Shown: one piece after another, positions 57,164 to 64,000 of the stretch
Numbering within the stretch: position 1 is the first letter of the stretch
Layout: every line of letters begins with the position of its first letter
Translations under genes and position numbers: made by a program
Source of the DNA: Candidatus Dojkabacteria bacterium
GTDB taxonomy: Bacteria; Patescibacteriota; Dojkabacteria; SC72
DNA length: 64,000 nucleotides
NCBI GenBank assembly: GCA_035271645.1
Contig: DATERJ010000012.1
Location: 93,551 to 157,550 of the forward strand
Direction: 5' to 3'
The notes under the pieces: generated by a model
The model's input: only the letters and a program-made list of their open reading frames with translations
What the model was told of the DNA's origin: nothing
Database searches by the model: none

Positions 57164-58012
57164 ATGGAATTTAAGAAAGGTCAAAAATATATCTGTCTTC
57201 TTGCACCATCTTTCATTACAGAATATGAATACCCTAACATTATTTACAGATTAAGAAAGCTTGGGTTTGATAAGGTGATGGAAGTTACTTTTGGTGCAAA
57301 AATGACTAATATTACATACTACTCCCTTCTCAAAGAGAGTTTAGAGAAAGGAGAAAAGAAAACATGGATAGCTAGTCCTTGTCCTACAATTGTTAACTTC
57401 ATTAGAGTAAAGTATCCGCATTTAGTTGAGAATCTTGTTTCTGCACACTCTCCGATGGGTTGTATGGGATTGTATGTAAAAAAGAAGTATCCTAAACGCA
57501 AGGTTGTTTTCATAGGTCCATGTATGACTAAGAAGCTTGAAGCAGGAGAAACAGGTGTGGTTGATGATGTTCTAACTTTCAAGGAGCTTGAGGAACTTTT
57601 TAAGAAGTACAATATTGAAGAGGAGGTTAAAGAGAACAAGTACTGTATTGGGTTTGATAAGTTGTACAATGACTATACTAAGATATATCCAGTCTCAGGA
57701 GGACTCTCAGATACATTGCATGGTGGTTTGCTTAAGGACAAGGACATTTTGATAATGGAAGGTCTTAACAATCTAATGCCTGTTTTTGATGCTTTTAAGG
57801 ATGGTGTTTACAAACATTACAAGTTTTTAGATATTCTTAATTGTGATGGTGGTTGTATTAATGGTCCAGGTATGATTAGTGAGAAGAATATTAAAGAGAG
57901 AAGGAAGAAGGTCTTTAAGTACAGGGATTATGCAAGAAGATATGAGAAGGATTTGGGAAGGACAGGTCTTAAAGCTCATGCTAAGGGTATTAATTTCAAA
58001 AGGGAGTTCTAA
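57164..58012 (+). CDS. [FeFe]-hydrogenase H-cluster-domain-like protein (Fe_hyd_lg_C/Narf-like), lacking ferredoxin-like N-terminal domains
   Basis: Motifs in H-cluster order: IASPCPTIV (L1-like), FIGPCMTKKLE (L2, MPCxxKxxE-like) and DILNCDGGCINGPGM (L3, CxxGCxxG-like). Start placed at MEFKKG (57164) rather than the track start 57116. Confidence 0.5.
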   Translation: MEFKKGQKYICLLAPSFITEYEYPNIIYRLRKLGFDKVMEVTFGAKMTNITYYSLLKESLEKGEKKTWIASPCPTIVNFIRVKYPHLVENLVSAHSPMGCMGLYVKKKYPKRKVVFIGPCMTKKLEAGETGVVDDVLTFKELEELFKKYNIEEEVKENKYCIGFDKLYNDYTKIYPVSGGLSDTLHGGLLKDKDILIMEGLNNLMPVFDAFKDGVYKHYKFLDILNCDGGCINGPGMISEKNIKERRKKVFKYRDYARRYEKDLGRTGLKAHAKGINFKREF

Positions 58013-58014
58013 GA

Positions 58015-58451
58015 TGAATGAGTTTATGCAATTAGCTATATACAAAGCCCGAGAAGGTATGCAGAGGGGTCACGGAGGTCCTTTTGGTGCTGTTATTGTA
58101 AAAGATGGTCAAGTTATTGCCTCTGCACATAATGAGGTTTTGAAAGAGGATGATCCTACTTCTCATGCAGAGATTCAAGCAATTAGAGAAGCAAGTGAGA
58201 AATTAGATACACATGACCTTTCAGGTTGTGAGTTATATACAACAGGTAAGCCTTGTCCTATGTGTAAGAGTGCTATACAGTGGGCAAAGATAGAGAAGGT
58301 GTATTACGGTTGTGATTATGAAGATGCTAAGAGAATAGGTTTTGATGAAGTAAGTGGTAATAGTGAGAGCTATACAGAAGAACAGATTGATCATAAAGAG
58401 TGTCAAGAACTTTATGATGAATATCTATCTTCAGATAGAGAAACCTATTAG
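58015..58451 (+). CDS. CDA-fold nucleotide/tRNA deaminase (TadA/guanine-deaminase-like)
   Basis: HAEIQAIR (H-A-E zinc ligands) and PCPMCKSAI (PCxxC). An RBS aagggag lies before the ATG at 58015. Confidence 0.7.
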
Positions 58452-58552
58452 CCTTTATATTTCCTATAAGAAAAAGCCTGAGATTGTTGAGGTTAGTGAT
58501 GGTCTTAACCAATCATTGTAACCTCTCTCAGGCTATCATACTTTAATATAAT

Positions 58553-59047
58553 CTATTGGTTCGGTTTTAATTCAACAAGTTTACACTCATTGAAATGGTA
58601 AATATCATAACAACCAAGACGGGTTGGCCCACTTTCGTATTCACATATTTGTTGTAAATCTCTGGTACATACGAAAGAGGCTATCTCACCAGCTTTTAAT
58701 GCCATAACCCTTAAGTCGTTGGCTGTAATAATATTGATATCTCCTTTTGATACAAAATCAACAGGAGGGTTTACCTCTAAGACTTCACCGCGTATGATTT
58801 GGTTATTGTCTTGAAAGAAATCCCCTATTGTTCCATGCCTCATAGAACCAATTAGTTCTGTTGGGTAGTTTTCTGGTTCTTCTGTGAGTTTCATGGTAAC
58901 GAGATGAAGTTTTGTATCACGAACTTGGTTTGCTTGGGTGGTTTGCGGTACTGGACCACAACCACTAAGAGCAATCAGTAAAGATAGGGCAAGAATAAGA
59001 GATATTCTTTTAAACATTTTGATACTCCTTTTTAATAATCTCTCCAA
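58553..59047 (-). CDS. Hypothetical lipoprotein
   Basis: Signal peptide with LSGC lipobox; 164 aa. Confidence 0.45.
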   Translation of the reverse strand: MERLLKRSIKMFKRISLILALSLLIALSGCGPVPQTTQANQVRDTKLHLVTMKLTEEPENYPTELIGSMRHGTIGDFFQDNNQIIRGEVLEVNPPVDFVSKGDINIITANDLRVMALKAGEIASFVCTRDLQQICEYESGPTRLGCYDIYHFNECKLVELKPNQ

Positions 59048-59580
59048 ATTTTCCTACATTCCTCTAAAACACCCCACGCTTTTTCAACAAACTTAGGATT
59101 AAAACGAGGTTTTCTTCGCAGTAATTCTGGTACAATCATTTTTGAACCAGATAACGGGTATTCAAATCTTTTCATATAGTGTAGACAACTAAGGATTTCC
59201 ATCCATTCTACTTTACTAGTTGGTAACCCATGGTCCAGAACTTTTAAATCTTTTCGTACTTGTATTACGATTGCTTTATACTCTTCAGTTAAATTGATGT
59301 TATCAAGATCAGCACCGTTCTTTATTTTCTCATCAAGAGATTGTAGGTCCCAGTCAAGACGAGTTGAGTAAGGCCCTGACCAATTCCATGAAAAGCTGAA
59401 ATCTTTAAATTCTCCAACAATAAACATTTTCAGGAAATAGCACATTTTTTGTGCCATGTCATGAACAACTGCGAACCTACGATTTCCCTTATCTGTAGGA
59501 TAAGCGGAATAGTCTTCTTCGTAAAATAATGCGAAAAGTGTCAAGAACTTCTTTTCATTAAAATCAAGTGTTGTATCCAT
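59032..59580 (-). CDS. Hypothetical 182-aa protein
   Basis: Its start overlaps the downstream lipoprotein gene. A promoter module with TTATAAT and GCACTTTAACAA lies upstream. Confidence 0.35.
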   Translation of the reverse strand: MDTTLDFNEKKFLTLFALFYEEDYSAYPTDKGNRRFAVVHDMAQKMCYFLKMFIVGEFKDFSFSWNWSGPYSTRLDWDLQSLDEKIKNGADLDNINLTEEYKAIVIQVRKDLKVLDHGLPTSKVEWMEILSCLHYMKRFEYPLSGSKMIVPELLRRKPRFNPKFVEKAWGVLEECRKIWRDY

Positions 59581-59703
59581 CTTTTTTCTCCTTTTTTATA
59601 TATTTTTTGTGATTACTTCTAACCAATAGATTGTTAAAGTGCGACAAGGTATTATAACAATCTGAACGGGACAAAACAAGGCTATGGGATTGGTTGTGTG
59701 GGA

Positions 59704-61815
59704 TTACTTCTTCACATATAGTTTGATATCAACAGCATATGCCTTCTCTTCATTAAGCATAACTGGATTGATATCCATTGATATTATCTCAGGGTATGTA
59801 ATGAGCAAACTCTGTATTTTCATTATAATATCAACAAACTTCTCTCTAGCTAGTTTTGGTTTACCCCTATACCCATCAATTATCTTAGAAACACTTGTTT
59901 CAGAAAGTATATGGTCTACCTTCTCTCTCATCTCTGGGATAAGGACATGTTTAATATCTTTGTAAACCTCTGTGTATACACCACCCTTACCAATTGCCAT
60001 TAGATGGCCAAAACCTACTCCATCTTTCTCGTAAATATGACTATCTCCATCTCTATTTGCACCTATGAACATCTCAATCTTACTGTTTTCTATCATCTCC
60101 TGTACAAGTATCTTCGGAGAGGGATTCCCTGTTATCTTTGTAATACCTTCTTTAAGTTCAGTATATTTCTCTTCGAACTCAGTAATCGTTCTAATATCCA
60201 AATGTAATGCTTTAAAATCTGTTTTGTGTGCTAAGTCTTGAGATGTTGCTTTAATTGCTACTGGGAAAATAGTTGCTGCAAAGTCTCTAGCCTCTTCTAA
60301 ACTACTTGCAACCAGTTGTTTTGGCATCTCAATACCAAATTCTTCAAATATTGCAATTGCCAACTCATCAGGTAGTACAGCCGTTTCTGTATTGTTGTTC
60401 ACAAATTCTTGAATTTCTCTCTTGTTTCTAGTTCTTCTAACATATTCCTTGCTATTTATCAGCTTGTTTAATCCTTTTCTCATCTCGAAATCTGCAAGTT
60501 TAGCAATAAGGTGCATGGTTTCTTCTACATCATTAAACCACCCTATTCCATTACTTTGTAAAATCTTGTATGCAGGTCTAACATCTTTTCCTCCTAGAAA
60601 ACAGGCGTAGATTGGTTTGGAGTTCTTTTTGGAAAGTTCCACTATTGCCTCAGCCGTACCTTCAATATCGGTCATTAGTTGTGGTGTAAGAAGGACTACT
60701 ACACTGTCAACATTTACATCTTCTAAAACTGTTGCGATTGCAGCTGAGTATCTGTCGCTTTTACCATCACCTAAGACATCAACAGGGTTTCGTGTAGAAG
60801 CCTCAACAGGTAGAATGGTTCTTAATTTCTGTTCTGTTTTCTCTCCTAAATCTACAATATTTAAACCTTCTATCTCTGCCCTATCTACTGCTGTTATACC
60901 AGGACCACCTGCATTAGAAACTATTGCAACATTCTTGCCTTTTGGTGTAAATCCTGTGTTAATTAATTCCATGAGCTTGTAGAGCTCTTCAGAGTTCTCT
61001 GCAAGAATGATATTTGCCTTCTTGACTGCAGCTAGTACAGCATCGTAAGAAGATGCAAGTGAACCGGTATGGGATGAGATAGCTTGTTTTGACTTTTCAG
61101 AACTACCAGGAGCAATTAGTAATACTGGCTTCTTAGACCTTTGTACAATTGATACGAATTCTTTTCCATCAGCAAATTCCTCTAGATATATTGCCACAGC
61201 TTTTACAGAATTGTTGTTTAAAAAGTATGGAAGTAGTTCATTTTCATTAATATCTGCTTTGTTACCTACGGATATGACATGTGAGAAACCCATTCCTGTT
61301 TCTGCTGCCATATCTAAAATGGCTGTACAGAATGCTCCAGATTGTGATATGAAAGCGATATTACCATCACCTGGGTTTGATCTAGCAAATGTTAGGTCTA
61401 TCTTAGCTTTGTTGTTGATAAAGCCAAGGCAGTTCGGTCCAATGAGGCGAATGTTCGCTCCTCTTAGTTTGTTTGTAATCCTTTCTTCTAATTCTTTTCC
61501 TTCATCTCCTGTTTCTGCAAATCCTGCAGACACTATTAATACCGACTTAACCTTTTTCTCTATACATTGGTCTACTACTTCTTCAACGAATTGGTAAGGT
61601 AAGGCTATTGCTACCATATCTATCTCTTCATTAACTTCAAGAATGGTTGGGTATGCTTTTCTACCTTGTAGTTCTGTATATTTAGGATTTATTGGATATA
61701 TTCTTCCATTGTATCCAGTCTCAAGAAGGTTTTGCATCATGACAGAACCTACTTTCTCAGGGTTCTCTGAGACTCCAACTATTGCAACAGACTTAGGTGA
61801 GAGTATTGTTTCCAT
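59704..61815 (-). CDS. Acetyl-CoA synthetase (ADP-forming), fused alpha/beta (NDP-forming acyl-CoA synthetase family)
   Basis: N-terminal CoA-binding KSVAIVGVSENPEKVGSVMMQNL…, a succinyl-CoA-synthetase-like ligase domain and a C-terminal ATP-grasp; 703 aa. Confidence 0.8.
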   Translation of the reverse strand: METILSPKSVAIVGVSENPEKVGSVMMQNLLETGYNGRIYPINPKYTELQGRKAYPTILEVNEEIDMVAIALPYQFVEEVVDQCIEKKVKSVLIVSAGFAETGDEGKELEERITNKLRGANIRLIGPNCLGFINNKAKIDLTFARSNPGDGNIAFISQSGAFCTAILDMAAETGMGFSHVISVGNKADINENELLPYFLNNNSVKAVAIYLEEFADGKEFVSIVQRSKKPVLLIAPGSSEKSKQAISSHTGSLASSYDAVLAAVKKANIILAENSEELYKLMELINTGFTPKGKNVAIVSNAGGPGITAVDRAEIEGLNIVDLGEKTEQKLRTILPVEASTRNPVDVLGDGKSDRYSAAIATVLEDVNVDSVVVLLTPQLMTDIEGTAEAIVELSKKNSKPIYACFLGGKDVRPAYKILQSNGIGWFNDVEETMHLIAKLADFEMRKGLNKLINSKEYVRRTRNKREIQEFVNNNTETAVLPDELAIAIFEEFGIEMPKQLVASSLEEARDFAATIFPVAIKATSQDLAHKTDFKALHLDIRTITEFEEKYTELKEGITKITGNPSPKILVQEMIENSKIEMFIGANRDGDSHIYEKDGVGFGHLMAIGKGGVYTEVYKDIKHVLIPEMREKVDHILSETSVSKIIDGYRGKPKLAREKFVDIIMKIQSLLITYPEIISMDINPVMLNEEKAYAVDIKLYVKK

Positions 61816-61820
61816 ATGGT

Positions 61821-62699
61821 TTAACTATTCGTGTATTTTAATAGCTCTTTAATATTATATTCCTTGACCTCCTCTGCTAATTCAGAAATTATTCCTTTTC
61901 TACTGTGTAGGTTGTCATAGAAGGTGGGAATGGTGGTATCTTGGAATATTATGCCTGTATATATCTTCTTTGTTTTGTTTGCAGTTTCTAGGAGTTCTTT
62001 TGCAGCTTCCATTGAGTTTGAGGAGTATTCAGGTAGTGTATCGAGTTTGATAATGTTTTCTTTAAACCATTGAGGTGTCATCTCTCTGTTGTATGTAGGA
62101 CAAGATTGTGAGATGTTGATAACGCTACATCCTTTGTGTTGTATTCCTTTCTTGATTATCTCAGTTAGTTGTAGTGGGTCTCCAGAGTATGCTTTAGCGA
62201 AGAATGTTGGATGGAGATTGAGAATGAAGCTGTCAACATCTAGATTTCTCTCTGGACTTCCATGTGGTTGAGCGTACATCTTTTTTCCTTTAGGTGTGGT
62301 TACAGTTGCCTGTCCTGTTGTAAGAGCAAAGTTCTGATTGTTGTGTATGAGGATTGTAATGTCATAGTTGGATTTAATAGCATTTACTAGGTGGTCTAAT
62401 CCTTCATGAAAACACCCACCATCACCAATATCTGCAATTACTGTGAACTTTCTGTTTGCAAGATGTACACCAGAAGCAACTGCTATTGATCTGCCGTGTA
62501 GACCCTTGAAGGCATATGTACCTACTGTATCAGCACCATTTCCATTACAACCGATATCAAAGGATATTAGTGCTTCTGATGGTTCAATATTTAACTCAAT
62601 GAGTGCTTTTTTTAGTGCTGTGTGTATAGCAAAGTTTCCACATCCTGGACACCAGGTAGGAAGTGTTGTTGAGTTGTAGTCTTTTAGTTCTAGTGCCAT
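61821..62699 (-). CDS. korB: 2-oxoacid:ferredoxin oxidoreductase beta subunit (TPP-binding)
   Basis: TWCPGCGNF N-terminal motif and TPP-binding GDGG…. Confidence 0.85.
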   Translation of the reverse strand: MALELKDYNSTTLPTWCPGCGNFAIHTALKKALIELNIEPSEALISFDIGCNGNGADTVGTYAFKGLHGRSIAVASGVHLANRKFTVIADIGDGGCFHEGLDHLVNAIKSNYDITILIHNNQNFALTTGQATVTTPKGKKMYAQPHGSPERNLDVDSFILNLHPTFFAKAYSGDPLQLTEIIKKGIQHKGCSVINISQSCPTYNREMTPQWFKENIIKLDTLPEYSSNSMEAAKELLETANKTKKIYTGIIFQDTTIPTFYDNLHSRKGIISELAEEVKEYNIKELLKYTNS

Positions 62700-63995
62700 C
62701 TATTTATTTAAGTAATCTAATATATCATCTACAAAGAAAGGTCTTCCATCATACTTGAGAAGTTTCTCTTTGAACTCGTAACTACATTTCTCTCTAATGA
62801 GGTTTCCTAGTTGTCCTGTCTGGTTGTTTTCAATTAATATCATTCTTTTTCCTTTCTCTGCAAGCTTAAGCAGAGTGCCTGTTTTTAGTGGAAGGATATA
62901 TTCATATGAGAGGTATGCGATATTTTCTCCTGTTGATTGTGCATCTAATACTGCATTCTTTGTGCTTCCACTTCCTATAAATATTGCTTCTGCGTTCTCA
63001 CTTCCAAAAAGTATTGGTTCTGGTATCTCTTGTTCGAGTGTTTGCATCTTTCTTGCTCTCTTTTCGGACATTTCCTTAACTTCATCCGCAACATCAGTAG
63101 AATGTCCGTTTTCTGTATGTTCATCGCTTGTGCTAATGTATGGTTTTAATCCTTTTGTTGGCATCCATCTAGGAGAGATTCCTGATTCTGTAATTTGGTA
63201 TCTAAACTCTCCTGTTGAGAGTCCTCTGTCTACTTTTTGTATCGGTGGTAGAGAGGATGTTGAGTATATTGATTCTGCTATCTGCTTCTCTGTGAGGATT
63301 ATAACTGGTAGTTGATATTTATCTGCAATGTTAAATGCTTTTTGTGTTAGTTCAAATGCTGAGTTAATGTCTGATATTGAGATTACACATCGTGGGTAAT
63401 CTCCGTGTCCTCCCTTAGTGGCTACAGATATATCTCCACTTCCAGTCCATGTGGGTACACCTGTTCCAGCTCCTATTCTTTGTGCTAGGACTATAACAAG
63501 AGGGGTTTCTGAGATTCCAGCACATGAGAGTGTTTCTGTCATTAAGTCAAATCCTCCTCCTGAGGTTGCAACTAAGACTCTTGTACCCATGTACATACTT
63601 CCAAGTGCCATTAGGGCTGCTGTTATCTCGTTTTCTGCTTGTTTGACTAGTATCTTTGTTTCATCAGCTGTTTCTCCTAAAAATTTCTGTATTGATGTAG
63701 CTGGTGTCATTGGGTATCCATAATATGCGCGTACTCCTCCTGCTAACGCTCCTAGTGCTACAGCTTCATTACCTGTCATGAGAAGTTTACGTTGTAGTGA
63801 TTTGGAAGGAAGTTCTATATCTTCCCCCAATGTATTCCTATATGATGGATGACTGTATCCCGCTACTATACATGCTTTCTCTGCTTCTATATCAATCTTT
63901 TTACCTTCCAAGAGTTCTAGTACTTCCTCAATGAGAATATTTACATCCTGTTTTAATATTTTCCATATATATCCTAGAAGGACGACATTGGCCAT
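62700..63995 (-). CDS. korA: 2-oxoacid:ferredoxin oxidoreductase alpha subunit (with N-terminal gamma-like domain)
   Basis: 431 aa with a POR/KOR alpha pyrimidine-binding domain. It is directly upstream of korB. Confidence 0.8.
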   Translation of the reverse strand: MANVVLLGYIWKILKQDVNILIEEVLELLEGKKIDIEAEKACIVAGYSHPSYRNTLGEDIELPSKSLQRKLLMTGNEAVALGALAGGVRAYYGYPMTPATSIQKFLGETADETKILVKQAENEITAALMALGSMYMGTRVLVATSGGGFDLMTETLSCAGISETPLVIVLAQRIGAGTGVPTWTGSGDISVATKGGHGDYPRCVISISDINSAFELTQKAFNIADKYQLPVIILTEKQIAESIYSTSSLPPIQKVDRGLSTGEFRYQITESGISPRWMPTKGLKPYISTSDEHTENGHSTDVADEVKEMSEKRARKMQTLEQEIPEPILFGSENAEAIFIGSGSTKNAVLDAQSTGENIAYLSYEYILPLKTGTLLKLAEKGKRMILIENNQTGQLGNLIREKCSYEFKEKLLKYDGRPFFVDDILDYLNK

Positions 63996-64000
63996 AATCT

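Overview
This is a low-GC, gene-dense bacterial window, about 88% coding. FtsW/MurG/MurB/L,D-transpeptidase peptidoglycan genes, sigma70-type TTGACA-N17-TATAAT promoters, a sortase with an LPXTG substrate, small genes and an anaerobic redox toolkit suggest a CPR/Patescibacteria-like or other reduced Gram-positive-type anaerobe. Housekeeping content: the dcw genes murG (partial) and ftsW; a NAD salvage operon nrtR-nadD-nadE-pncA-pncB; pyruvate kinase; secG, def, greA, typA/BipA, glyQS, glmS, murB, nagZ and queH; a two-component system; superoxide reductase, a rubredoxin-like protein, KorAB, ADP-forming acetyl-CoA synthetase and an [FeFe]-hydrogenase H-domain-like protein; and four tRNAs (Leu-TAA, Cys-GCA, Leu-CAG, His-GTG). 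Accessory content: (1) four tandem paralogous radical-SAM enzymes plus a P-loop kinase directly upstream of, and probably co-oriented with, the NrtR/NAD operon; this is the best candidate for an undescribed nucleotide- or NAD-modifying (possibly antiviral) system. (2) A 2311-aa VWA plus isopeptide-domain adhesin with an internal LPDTG signal, followed by a sortase. (3) A tRNA-His-adjacent block (45.2-52.1 kb) with a modification-dependent restriction-like nuclease fusion and five orphan genes, driven by duplicated ~300-bp promoter/leader modules. (4) A recurrent GCTATGGGTTG promoter-associated motif. (5) An 870-bp gap holding two consensus-promoter-driven ~400-nt non-coding transcripts. No CRISPR array, transposase or integrase was seen.
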